Shown: piece after piece, positions 1 to 9,493 of the stretch
Layout: each line of letters begins with the position of its first letter
Numbering within the stretch: the stretch's first letter is position 1
Assembly: GCA_965223795.1 (NCBI GenBank)
Contig: CBDCXL010000002.1
Span: 1,664,001 to 1,728,000 of the forward strand
From: Nitrospinales bacterium
GTDB taxonomy: Bacteria; Nitrospinota; Nitrospinia; Nitrospinales; VA-1
Reading direction: 5' to 3'
DNA length: 64,000 bases
Position numbers and translations under genes: made by a program
Notes under the pieces: generated by a model
Seen by the model: only the letters and a program-made list of their open reading frames with translations
The model's database searches: none
Told to the model about the DNA's origin: nothing

Positions 1-678
1 CGCTGGCGGGAGGCATAGAGCGTACAAAAAAAGAACGGCGGGCAGGGTGATGCAGGTTTGCTTGGCGCTGAAGCCAAGCACGAACAGAACGGCGATGGTG
101 CTCCACGTTCCCCAAAAATTAAAAAATGAATGTTTTTGTGAACGGGATTCCAGCCAGTACTGGAAGCGGTAAAAAGCCAGCAGATAACACGTTGCGGCGA
201 GAACTTCCGAGCGGCTCATGATGTAAAGCACCGATTCGGTCTGCATCGGATGACATAGAAACAAGAGCCCCGCGAATAGGGAAATGCCGACTTTTCGCTC
301 CGGCCCCGCTCTTTTAAGAACCGCGAAATGCCGCAGGACTTTCTCCGTTATAAAAAAAGTCAGGATGGCGTTGAGGATGTGCAGCGCCAGGTTCAGCAGG
401 TGGTAGCCGAAAGGATTTTTATTTCCCAGCAGGGCATTCAAGGCGAGCGACATCTGCAGCAGACTGCGGGAAAAATACTGCTGCGTGAAAAAATGAAATG
501 TGAGCATGCCGCGGGGATCGCTCAGGTTTTGCTTCTCGATGTAAGCGACGGTGTCGAATTGAAACGGATTGTGCAGGTGGTTTCCATAAATGCAGACACC
601 CAGCGCCGCGATCAGGATGATGCCGCCTACACGCAGCTTGGGGATGCCTGTGAGCGGAAACACAGCGGGAGTTCTCAT
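1..678 (-). CDS. TMTC-like GT-C membrane glycosyltransferase, partial (runs off the window start; not in the ORF track)
   Basis: Manual translation from ATG at 678, which overlaps the TGA of the previous gene (ATGA), gives MRTPAVF...GNHLHNPFQFDT...FGYHLLNLALHILN...LCHPMQTESVLYIMSRSEVL. These motifs match the two upstream paralogs. Confidence 0.85.
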   Translation of the reverse strand, partial: MRTPAVFPLTGIPKLRVGGIILIAALGVCIYGNHLHNPFQFDTVAYIEKQNLSDPRGMLTFHFFTQQYFSRSLLQMSLALNALLGNKNPFGYHLLNLALHILNAILTFFITEKVLRHFAVLKRAGPERKVGISLFAGLLFLCHPMQTESVLYIMSRSEVLAATCYLLAFYRFQYWLESRSQKHSFFNFWGTWSTIAVLFVLGFSAKQTCITLPAVLFLYALCLPPA

Positions 679-2615
679 GGCCGGCGGCTATCTGTGAAAG
701 TCTGCGCGATGGTCAGCAGTTGCCGGGCCTTGCTGTTCCCGGGCTGTAAAAGGAGAAGTTCTTCAAGGTGGACCGCGGCTTCCTGAAACCGGTTTTGCGC
801 CAGATACAGGCTGGCCAGGTTGTTGTGGATCTTGGGCGAGTCGCTTTCCAGCGCCAGCGCCTGCTTGAAAGCCGGTTCGGCGAGAGAAAAGTTTTTCAGC
901 TTGTAAAAAATGATGCCGGTGTTGTTGTGCGCCTGTGGATGTTGAGGTTCGATCTTGAGCACCTGCCGGTATTCTTTCAGGGCGTCATCGTAGCGGCCGA
1001 GCTTGCGGTAAGCGTTGCCAAGATGAAAATGGTAGTGCGGCCGGTGCGGTTTCAGCGCCACGGCTTTTTCCAGAAAGGCAACGGCTTCGGCTTCCCGCCC
1101 AAGCTCAAGCCGCACCCGGCCCGCATTGAAAAAGGCATTGGCTTTTGCCGATCCTAAAAGCAGGGCCCGGTCGAAGTGGTTTTTCGCTTCCTGCCATCGT
1201 TCTTTTTGGGTGAGAAGGTGGCCGAGATTGATGTGCGCGTCGGAATGGGAGGGATTGATCTCAAGCGCTCTCAGAAAAGCCGCCCGCGCCGCGGCGTCGT
1301 TGCCTTCGGTCAAATAGGCGGTGCCCAGGTTGTTGTGGACCAGGGCTTTGCCGGGTGATTTGGCGGCGGTGTCCTGCCAGAGTGCGGTTTCAGTGCGGAA
1401 ATCCAGACTCCGGTTCAGGTTGAGCGCAGCCATGCATGCGAAAAAGGCGAATCCGCACAGGCGCAGCGATCGTTTCGAAGAAACTGTCTGTAAAACCACC
1501 AGGGCGAGCATAAGGTGGATGCCCAGACCGGGCAGGTAGGTGCGGTGTTCGGTGGCGATCTGTTTTAAGGGGATGAGGCTGGATGTCGGGAGGACGGTCA
1601 CCAGCCCCCAGAGCAGCGCGAAGCGGACCAGGTTGGATCGCTGCTTCACCGCCCAGACCGTCAAGCCGGTCAAAACGCACAATCCGGCGATCCACAGGGG
1701 ATCGAGAAAGGTTTCAATGAGGCGGACGTCCGGTTCGAAATTCAGGTTGAACGGGAGGAACAGCTTGACGAGGTAGTAAAAAATCAGGACGCGGATCTGG
1801 GTCAACGCATAACCGGCGCGGTCGATGGCGGCGGAATCCGGATCGGCCCGCAGCGTCAGAAGATCGCCCAGGTGCCAGTACCGGTAAGTCAGGTAAATCA
1901 GCAGCGGCGACGCGATTGCGATTCCGGCGAACAGCAGCTGTTTCCGGTTACCCGGTGGGGTGCGCAGCCAGAGAAAAGCGAAGGCGAGCACCGGCAGTGT
2001 GACGATGATTTCCTTGGTTCCCGTTCCCAGCACAAAGCAGATCAGCGCTCCCGTCAGCGCCGCAAAGGATCGTGGTCTGTTTCCGCCATCTGTGGGAAAG
2101 GCGAGCAGAAAACAGTACAGCCCGAGGACGAAAAAAAACGTGGCCAGTAGCGAGGAGCGGCTGGAAATATAAGTCACCGATTCGACCGTCATCGGATGCA
2201 GCAGATGGATTCCCGCCGCAAACAGGGGGAGGGGGGCGAGACGCGGGTTCGGCTGCGCGGAGCCCAGGGCAATGAGTTTTGTGGTCACAAAATAAAACAC
2301 CAGGCCGACTCCGATGTGGAGCCAGATATTGATCAGGTGGTAGCCGAAAACGTGCAGTCCGCCCAGATGCCGGTTCAGCGCAAAGGTCAAAAGCAGCACC
2401 GAACGGTTGAAGATGTTTTCGATGCCGACGGTGTTCTGAAAGTCGCCCAAATCGCGGATGTACGGGTTGTCGACGATGGCGTGCTCGTCGTCGTATAAAA
2501 ACGGCGAATGCAGCGTGCCGAATCCGGTCAGGATGCCCAATGCGCTCAAGCACAGGATCGCCCGCAGGTTGTCCCGGACAGGTTGTGTGAGTGGCGTTTT
2601 ATGGAGCGGATTCAT
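675..2615 (-). CDS. TMTC-like protein O-mannosyltransferase homolog (GT-C membrane domain + C-terminal TPR array)
   Basis: FLYDD, GYHLINIWLH, HPMTVESVTYISSRS and EHRTYLP motifs; many TM segments; TPRs (HNNLG, HINLG, HFHLG, HNNTG). Confidence 0.85.
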   Translation of the reverse strand: MNPLHKTPLTQPVRDNLRAILCLSALGILTGFGTLHSPFLYDDEHAIVDNPYIRDLGDFQNTVGIENIFNRSVLLLTFALNRHLGGLHVFGYHLINIWLHIGVGLVFYFVTTKLIALGSAQPNPRLAPLPLFAAGIHLLHPMTVESVTYISSRSSLLATFFFVLGLYCFLLAFPTDGGNRPRSFAALTGALICFVLGTGTKEIIVTLPVLAFAFLWLRTPPGNRKQLLFAGIAIASPLLIYLTYRYWHLGDLLTLRADPDSAAIDRAGYALTQIRVLIFYYLVKLFLPFNLNFEPDVRLIETFLDPLWIAGLCVLTGLTVWAVKQRSNLVRFALLWGLVTVLPTSSLIPLKQIATEHRTYLPGLGIHLMLALVVLQTVSSKRSLRLCGFAFFACMAALNLNRSLDFRTETALWQDTAAKSPGKALVHNNLGTAYLTEGNDAAARAAFLRALEINPSHSDAHINLGHLLTQKERWQEAKNHFDRALLLGSAKANAFFNAGRVRLELGREAEAVAFLEKAVALKPHRPHYHFHLGNAYRKLGRYDDALKEYRQVLKIEPQHPQAHNNTGIIFYKLKNFSLAEPAFKQALALESDSPKIHNNLASLYLAQNRFQEAAVHLEELLLLQPGNSKARQLLTIAQTFTDSRRP

Positions 2616-2635
2616 ATGCGATCGCTACCGGTGAG

Positions 2636-4912
2636 TCAGGAAAGATTCTGCAACAGCTTCATGATTTCTTCTTTCTGCGCGGGCGTCGGGTTGAGCGCGA
2701 GCGCCCGGTTGAAATGGCGGCGGGCGCGGTCGAGTTGACCGGTGGCGTGGCTGATTTTTCCGAGGTTGACGTGGGCGCTCAAAAAATTCGCCTGCAGAGA
2801 CAGGCTTTTCTCATAGTGGGTTTCAGCCTGCTGCAAGCGGCCCTGTTGCTGATGGTTCCAGCCGATTTGATAGTGCGCCCGCGCGTCGGGACCTTTGAGC
2901 TTTAAATATCGTTCGAACTGGGCGCTGGAACGGTCCCACTGTTTTTTTTCCTGCAGAACCCGGCCCAGGTTGAACAGCGCAGGCTGAAACGCCGCATCGA
3001 GGGAAAGGGCGGACGACAGCCAGCGCTCGGCCTGTTGCCATTGGCGCATGGCGGAGTGGGCCACGCCGAGGTTGTAATGCGCGAGCATCAGCGAAGGATC
3101 GTTCTGCACAGCGCGATGAAACTGGCGGATCGCCTCTTCAAATCGTCCGGACTTGCCATACAGCTCCCCCAGGTTGAGCCTTGCCAGCGCATCGTCTTCG
3201 GCCCCCGATGCGGTTTTGATCGCCAGCGCCTTGCGGTAATGCGACTCGGCTTTCTCCAGTTGACCCAGCCGGGCGTGGACCGAACCGAGGCCCAGATGCG
3301 CGCCGTAATGCCCAGGCTGCAAATGGAGAGCCCTCTGGTATTCGGCGGCGGCGTTTGCAAGCTGTCCGAGATCGAGGTGAACACTGGCCAGGTTGTAGTG
3401 CGGTTCGGCAAAATCCGCTTTGAGAATTTTCTCCTCAACATTTATCTGCCCATCCTCTGAGCGAGCAAGCCAACGCGACGGGTCCGCAAGATTGTAGTGC
3501 AGGGCGGTGAAATTGGGAATGCTCGCCACGCTTTTTTGAAAATGCCTGAGTGCCTGCTCAAGATCGCCGGCCTCGTAGTGCGCCTTGCCGAGGTTGTTGT
3601 GGGTGCGCGGAGAATGCGGGTTTTTCATCGCTGCGTCCTGCCACAGGCTGAACTCGTCGATCCAGACCCGGTTGCGGTCCAGCGTCCCGGCGCTCAACAG
3701 GAGCACGCAGCCCAAGGCCCACGCAAGCGGGCGGGAACGCAGGATGTGCCTGAGAGCACAAGCGGCGATGAGACAGAGCCCCAAGGTCATGGGCAGGTAC
3801 AGGCGGTGTTCGACGGCGAGGTCGTTCAAGGGGACGAGGCTGGAAGTGGGGGCGAGGGCGATCAAAAACCAGAGCGTGCCCACACGCACCCACAGGCTGC
3901 CGAAGCGCAGCGCCGAATAAACCAGCGCGGCCAGGATCGCCACCGCAAAAGCGATTGCGGGGTCCGACGCGGGGCGGGTGAACGGAAATCCAATGTCCAC
4001 ATTGAGATTGAAGGGGGCGACGAACAACTTGAGGTAATGAAAGGCGATCACCTTCATCTGCACCCAGAAGTAGGGCCAGCGTCCGAACAGCTCCACGCCC
4101 TGATCTTTGGGTGTGTAAAGAACGTCGGGGCCGATCCAGACCAGAACGCTGGCCGAAAAAACGATGGCCAGTGCAAAAAACGTGAGCGAGCGTTTGCGGG
4201 TCAGGCGCTGCCACAGGTCCGGGTATTCACGCGGGCAGATGAAGGCGAAAAACCACAGCGCCAGAGCTGCGGGCAGGGTGACGGCGATCAGTTTGGACGC
4301 CAGGGACAGATAGGCGAAAAGAGGAACCGTCAGCGCCAGAATCAAGATCCGGCGCGGTTTTATTTCGCGAGAGCGCACGGAAAACAGAGACACAAACGCA
4401 TACAGGGCGAGCAAATAAAAAAACGCCGTTAACAAAGTGGAACGTGAGGAAATGTAGGACACCGAATCGGTGTTGAGGGGGTGGACGGCAAACAGCAGGG
4501 CTGAGAGGAACGGCAAGGGCGACGCGTCTGAATCGCCGGGTTCGTGCCGCCGCTCCGGCACCCAGTTCCGGGTTTTGAGCACGATGCAGTAAATCAGCAG
4601 CGTCACCCAAAGGTGCAGCAGCAGGTTGATGGCATGAAAGCCGAATGCCTGATTCGCCTGCAGCGTGTTGTTGAGGGCGTACGTGAGCAGCAGGACCGGG
4701 CGGTTCTGGAAATCCAGCAGGCTGACGTGCTCTTTGAATGCATCGAGGTCTTCAATCCAGGGCTTTTCCAGAAGATTGCGGTCGTCGAACTGGAAGCTGC
4801 CGGCCAGGGAATTGAAATACACCAGAATCCCGGCGCACACGAGCAGAAGAACGGCCTGAATGCGGGATGGAACAGGCCGGGAAAACGGCAAGGAGGGGCT
4901 CATGGCAGGCAC
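2636..4912 (-). CDS. TMTC-like protein O-mannosyltransferase homolog (GT-C + TPR array)
   Basis: FQFDD, GFHAINLLLH, HPLNTDSVSYISSRS, EHRLYLP and multiple TPRs. The start could also be ATG at 4903. Confidence 0.85.
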   Translation of the reverse strand: MPAMSPSLPFSRPVPSRIQAVLLLVCAGILVYFNSLAGSFQFDDRNLLEKPWIEDLDAFKEHVSLLDFQNRPVLLLTYALNNTLQANQAFGFHAINLLLHLWVTLLIYCIVLKTRNWVPERRHEPGDSDASPLPFLSALLFAVHPLNTDSVSYISSRSTLLTAFFYLLALYAFVSLFSVRSREIKPRRILILALTVPLFAYLSLASKLIAVTLPAALALWFFAFICPREYPDLWQRLTRKRSLTFFALAIVFSASVLVWIGPDVLYTPKDQGVELFGRWPYFWVQMKVIAFHYLKLFVAPFNLNVDIGFPFTRPASDPAIAFAVAILAALVYSALRFGSLWVRVGTLWFLIALAPTSSLVPLNDLAVEHRLYLPMTLGLCLIAACALRHILRSRPLAWALGCVLLLSAGTLDRNRVWIDEFSLWQDAAMKNPHSPRTHNNLGKAHYEAGDLEQALRHFQKSVASIPNFTALHYNLADPSRWLARSEDGQINVEEKILKADFAEPHYNLASVHLDLGQLANAAAEYQRALHLQPGHYGAHLGLGSVHARLGQLEKAESHYRKALAIKTASGAEDDALARLNLGELYGKSGRFEEAIRQFHRAVQNDPSLMLAHYNLGVAHSAMRQWQQAERWLSSALSLDAAFQPALFNLGRVLQEKKQWDRSSAQFERYLKLKGPDARAHYQIGWNHQQQGRLQQAETHYEKSLSLQANFLSAHVNLGKISHATGQLDRARRHFNRALALNPTPAQKEEIMKLLQNLS

Positions 4913-5187
4913 CTGGAATGCCGCCGGGTTGCAAATTCAACCGCCTGAAAAGCATATCGGAACCCGACCTCAGGGAAAGCGGAGTGTTTCAGGGGGGGGC
5001 GGGTTCGGCGGCCGGTCATTTTCACAAAATTATGTAAATTTTTGTAAAATATGCGTTTTCTGGATTTTGGATGTGTGGTCAAAAGAGTGGAAATCCGACC
5101 TTCGATGGGTGGTAAAAATAGATAATTAGCAATATTTATACAAAATCGTTATTTTTTAGTCGTAAAAAAAGTCTGAATTTTTAGGAC

Positions 5188-5216
5188 TTTTCAAAAAGTT
5201 GAAAAAGGTGTATACT
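5188..5216 (+). promoter_or_regulatory. Candidate extended -10 promoter (TG-TATACT region) with adjacent inverted repeat TTTTCAA-N4-TTGAAAA
   Basis: AT-rich divergent intergenic region; TATACT at 5211-5216; perfect 7-bp inverted repeat at 5188-5205. Confidence 0.35.
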
Positions 5217-5258
5217 TTTATGCATACTTTGAGTTTTGTGTTTAAAAATATATGAGGG

Positions 5259-6800
5259 ATGGATTCCCTTTTACACATTAAGAACGCGGCGTCTCAAACG
5301 GGTCGATTTATGAAACTGATAGACAACCAAGCCAATATCCAGGCCATCCGGAAAATATCTTCCCTGTTTAAAACCTCATCGATGGAAATCGACGAACTGT
5401 TGAGCACGGTCATCAATACCGCCGCGGAAATCGTGAGCGCCCGGAACGCTTCGCTGCTGCTGGTTCAGGACGAAAAAACCAAAAAACTGCAGTACTACCA
5501 GGCTTCGGGGGAAAACATGGGGCAGCTCAAGGACATTGAGATCCCTCCCGGAGTGGGCATCGCGGGCACGGTGTCCAAGACCGGCACCGCCATCGTGTCC
5601 AACGACGTGCAGAACGACCCGCGCTGGTTCAAAAAAGTCAGCGAAGAGGTGCACGATCTGGTGGAATCGATCGCCTGCATGCCGTTGATCCTGGAAAAAA
5701 AAGTGATCGGCGTGATTCAGTTCATGGACAAGCAGGATGGCGATGGTTTTTCCGAAAAGGACGTGGAGATCCTGGAAAAGTTCGCCCTGATGATTCCCAA
5801 ATTTTTTCTCGCATCCAAAAGCCGGGTGGCCCTGGGCGAGGAATTCAACCGGCTGAAAGAAAAATACCTGAAACGGTACATGATCGTCGGCGAAAGCCAG
5901 GCCATCCAGAAATGCATCGCGCTCGCGGAACGGCTGGCCGACTCCAAGGCCGCGGTGCTGATTTCCGGTGAAAGCGGCACCGGCAAGGAGTTGTTCGCGC
6001 ACCTGATTCACGATCACGGCCCGCGGCAGACCAAGCCCTTCGTTTCGGTGAGCTGCGGCGCCCTGCCCGCTTCCATCCTCGAGCGGGAGCTGTTCGGCCA
6101 TGAAAAAGGCGCGTTCACCAGCGCCGACACCACCAAGATCGGCCTGTTCGAAGCGGCGCACACCGGCACGCTGTTTCTCGATGAAATCGGCGAAATGCCC
6201 ATGGACATGCAGGTGAAACTGCTGCGCGTGATCCAGGAGGAATCGTTCATCCGTCTGGGCGGCACCGAAACCATCAACGTGGACGTGCGTATTATCACCG
6301 CCACGAACCGCGACCTCGAACAGATGGTGCGGGAAGGCCAGTTCCGCCAGGACCTCTATTATAGAATCAATGTCATCGGAATCAAACTGCCGCCGCTGCG
6401 CGAACGGCGGGAGGACATTCCGGACCTGGTCACCTATTTCATGAGAAAACACACGCCCGATGGCCAGCCCAGCCGAAAAATCAGCAAGAATCTCATGGCC
6501 CATCTGATGGGATACAACTGGCCGGGCAACATCCGCGAACTGGAAAACACGATGGAGCGCGCGATCGTTCTCACCGACGGCACTGAATTGACGCCGGAGG
6601 CGTTTCCGTTTGAATCGCAGCAGACTCCCATCGAAGTCAATGTCGGCTCCTCGCTCAAGGAAGCCAACGATTCCTTCCGGCGCACGTTCATCATGAACAC
6701 GCTGAAATCCACAGCGGGCAACCGCACCAAGGCGGCGAAGATCCTCAACGTGCAGCGCTCTTATCTTTCCCGGCTCATCAAGGAACTGGAAATCGACTGA
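5259..6800 (+). CDS. GAF-domain sigma-54 enhancer-binding protein (NifA/NtrC family, Fis-type HTH)
   Basis: N-terminal GAF; Walker A GESGTGKE; GAFTSA loop; LFLDEIGE; FRQDLYYR; WPGNIREL; HTH GNRTKAAKIL. The start may be ATG at 5310. Confidence 0.93.
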   Translation: MDSLLHIKNAASQTGRFMKLIDNQANIQAIRKISSLFKTSSMEIDELLSTVINTAAEIVSARNASLLLVQDEKTKKLQYYQASGENMGQLKDIEIPPGVGIAGTVSKTGTAIVSNDVQNDPRWFKKVSEEVHDLVESIACMPLILEKKVIGVIQFMDKQDGDGFSEKDVEILEKFALMIPKFFLASKSRVALGEEFNRLKEKYLKRYMIVGESQAIQKCIALAERLADSKAAVLISGESGTGKELFAHLIHDHGPRQTKPFVSVSCGALPASILERELFGHEKGAFTSADTTKIGLFEAAHTGTLFLDEIGEMPMDMQVKLLRVIQEESFIRLGGTETINVDVRIITATNRDLEQMVREGQFRQDLYYRINVIGIKLPPLRERREDIPDLVTYFMRKHTPDGQPSRKISKNLMAHLMGYNWPGNIRELENTMERAIVLTDGTELTPEAFPFESQQTPIEVNVGSSLKEANDSFRRTFIMNTLKSTAGNRTKAAKILNVQRSYLSRLIKELEID

Positions 6801-6971
6801 CCGTTCTCCCCGTCACGCACTTCCTCAGACGCGCATAAAAACCCCATTGCCCGGCGGTTTCTGGTAATATGCCTGCCGCCCCAACCTGATTCGACGATTC
6901 GAACAACGCGGCATCGGGTCCGCGGACCGTTTGGGGCCGTCCGTCAGACCACCTGCAACTCAGAGTGAACC

Positions 6972-7823
6972 ATGGCCCTCATCGACGGCAAGCAAGTCGC
7001 TTCTGAAATCAAGGAAACCATCGCGGAACGCGTGACCGCGCTGAAGGAGAAAACCGGCAAGTCGCCGGGGCTGGCGACGGTGCTGGTCGGCGACGACCCG
7101 GCATCGGCGGTGTACGTCCGCAACAAGAACAAGACCTGCCAGAAACTGGGATTCGTTTCCTTCGAGCACAACCTGCCTGAAACCACGCCGGAGAACGAGC
7201 TGCTTCAATTGATCGAAACGCTCAACAACAATCCGGAGGTGAGCGGCATCCTGGTGCAGCTGCCGTTGCCCAAACAGATCGATTCGAAAAAGGTGCTGGA
7301 AGCGGTCGATCCGATGAAGGACGTGGACGGCTTCCACCCGGTGAATGTCGGGCATCTGGCGACCGGGGAGGCGCTTCTCACTCCGTGTACGCCCACGGGC
7401 ATCATAAGGCTGCTCGATCACAGCGGCATCGCCATCGAAGGGGCGCGGGCGGTGGTGCTCGGGCGCAGCAACATCGTCGGCAAGCCCGCGGCGATGCTGC
7501 TTTTGCAGCGCAACGCGACGGTGACCGTCTGCCATTCGCGTACGCGCGATCTGGCCGAGGTGACCCGGTCGGCGGACATTCTGGTCGCGGCCATCGGCAA
7601 ACCCAAATTTGTGACCGGCGACATGGTGAAAGAAGGGGCGGCGGTGATCGATGTGGGCATCAACCGGGTGGACGGCAAGCTGGTGGGCGATGTGGATTTT
7701 GAGGCCGTGTCTCCCAGGGCGGCCTGGATCACGCCGGTTCCGGGAGGCGTCGGGCCGATGACCATCGCGCTGCTCATGGAAAACACGCTCAAGGCCTTTC
7801 GGGCGCAGAACGGCCTCACCTGA
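6972..7823 (+). CDS. folD: Methylene-THF dehydrogenase/cyclohydrolase
   Basis: [42 protein letters not shown]. Confidence 0.98.
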   Translation: MALIDGKQVASEIKETIAERVTALKEKTGKSPGLATVLVGDDPASAVYVRNKNKTCQKLGFVSFEHNLPETTPENELLQLIETLNNNPEVSGILVQLPLPKQIDSKKVLEAVDPMKDVDGFHPVNVGHLATGEALLTPCTPTGIIRLLDHSGIAIEGARAVVLGRSNIVGKPAAMLLLQRNATVTVCHSRTRDLAEVTRSADILVAAIGKPKFVTGDMVKEGAAVIDVGINRVDGKLVGDVDFEAVSPRAAWITPVPGGVGPMTIALLMENTLKAFRAQNGLT

Positions 7824-7845
7824 ACCGCCGGTCCGGTTTCATCAC

Positions 7846-9210
7846 ATGAACAACGAACTGTTTCCAGAAGAGACGGGGGAAGAGGCGCCCCGCGTCTACA
7901 AAGTTTCCGAGCTGACACGCGGGGTGCGCGCGGTTTTGGAGCAGGCATTCGATTCTGTGTGGGTGGAGGGCGAGATCTCCAATCTCAGGGTGGCGGCCTC
8001 GAAGCACGCGTATTTCGTGCTCAAGGATGAAAAATCGCAGATCCGCTGTGTGCTGTTCAAGAATTACCGGGCCGGTCTCAAGTTCGACCTTGTCGATGGC
8101 GATCATGTCAAGCTGTTCGGCCGGCTGACGGTGTACGATGCGCGCGGGGAATACCAGATCATCGTCGAGACGGTGGAGCCGGTGGGACTGGGCGCTCTGC
8201 AGAAAGCCTACGAGCAGCTCAAGGAAAAACTGCAACAGGAAGGGTTGTTCGACGCCTCCCGCAAGCAAAGCCTGCCGCAGTTTCCCTGGAAAATCGGCGT
8301 CGTGACCTCGCCCACGGGCGCCGCAGTGCGGGATGTGCTGAACGTCATCCGCCGCCGCAATGCGAAAGTCTCGGTGCTGGTGTTTCCGGTCAAGGTTCAG
8401 GGGGAAGGCGCTGCCGAAGAGGTGGCGGCGGCGATCGAACGGGCCAACCGGCTGACCGGCATCGATGTTCTCATCGTGGGCCGCGGCGGCGGCTCGATCG
8501 AGGATCTGTGGGCGTTCAATGAAGAGCGGGTCGCCCGCGCCATCGCGGCCTCGCGCATTCCGGTGGTCTCGGCGGTGGGCCATGAAATCGATTTCACCAT
8601 CGCCGACTTCGTGGCGGACCTGCGCGCCCCGACGCCTTCGGCGGCGGCGGAGCTGACGGTGCCGGTGCTGCGCGACATCGTGTTCACGATCGCATCGCAC
8701 ACAAGACAAATGATCGCCACCAGCGAGCGGCGGCTGATCGAGCACCGCGAACGGCTGCACCGCCTGATGGACCGCCGTTTCTTCAAGCAGCCGCTGGAAA
8801 TTCTCACTCCGCACGAGCAGCGCCTGGACGACCTCAACCACCGTCTGCTGCGCGGGCTGGGGCAATGGGTCCTGCTGCAGCGGGAACGGCTGAAGGGCCA
8901 GGTGGAGCGGCTGTTTCAGGCTTCGCCGCAGAAACGCATCGCGCCGCTCACGGAAAGGAGCGAGGCGCTCCGGCACCGGCTCGTTCAGCGCATGACCGCT
9001 CAGGTGAAATACGAAATAAACCGCTTCGAAGGCGTGGTCAAAAACCTCAATGCCCTCAACCCGCTGACGATTCTCGAACGGGGATACAGCATCTGCACTC
9101 TGAAAGGCAAGGGCTTGAAATCCTCAAGCGACGCGAAACCGGGAGATTCCGTGCAGGTGCGCCTTGCGCGCGGCCGTCTTGACTGCAAGGTGGAGGAAAC
9201 GCGGGATTGA
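7846..9210 (+). CDS. xseA: Exodeoxyribonuclease VII large subunit
   Basis: VWVEGEISN, VTSPTGAA, RGGGSIEDLWAFN, SAVGHEID, RAPTPSAAAE, LERGYS. Confidence 0.98.
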   Translation: MNNELFPEETGEEAPRVYKVSELTRGVRAVLEQAFDSVWVEGEISNLRVAASKHAYFVLKDEKSQIRCVLFKNYRAGLKFDLVDGDHVKLFGRLTVYDARGEYQIIVETVEPVGLGALQKAYEQLKEKLQQEGLFDASRKQSLPQFPWKIGVVTSPTGAAVRDVLNVIRRRNAKVSVLVFPVKVQGEGAAEEVAAAIERANRLTGIDVLIVGRGGGSIEDLWAFNEERVARAIAASRIPVVSAVGHEIDFTIADFVADLRAPTPSAAAELTVPVLRDIVFTIASHTRQMIATSERRLIEHRERLHRLMDRRFFKQPLEILTPHEQRLDDLNHRLLRGLGQWVLLQRERLKGQVERLFQASPQKRIAPLTERSEALRHRLVQRMTAQVKYEINRFEGVVKNLNALNPLTILERGYSICTLKGKGLKSSSDAKPGDSVQVRLARGRLDCKVEETRD

Positions 9211-9423
9211 AATTAAGTGCGGCTTTTCAAACGGATCGCCCGCTATTTCGCGGTTGTGGATGCGGTCTGCCGTTGCGGATTTCATGAGGGCCTGCTTTTT
9301 CAGAATTCCCCGCCCCTGTTATTCCCGTTTGCAAATTTTTCCGGGTTTTCAAGTCCTGTTTCCCGCTAAGGTCCTGTTCTCCTAAGACCTTATTCCAGAA
9401 TGCCTTGCTCATATTTCGAGGTG

Positions 9424-9452
9424 TTGACCCTCAGGTTCATACGTTATATATT
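9424..9452 (+). promoter_or_regulatory. Candidate sigma-70 promoter for the caspase-domain gene
   Basis: TTGACC-N17-TATATT, about 40 bp upstream of ATG 9494. Confidence 0.5.
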
Positions 9453-9493
9453 CCTTAGTTGAACCTACAGAAGACCGCTGCCTCGAGTCATTC

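Noticed and set aside
4992..4999. G8 tract upstream of the TMTC genes (and G7 at 35188-35194) as phase-variation sites
   Set aside because: The tracts are short, intergenic and not clearly inside a defined promoter spacer; there is no evidence of length variation.
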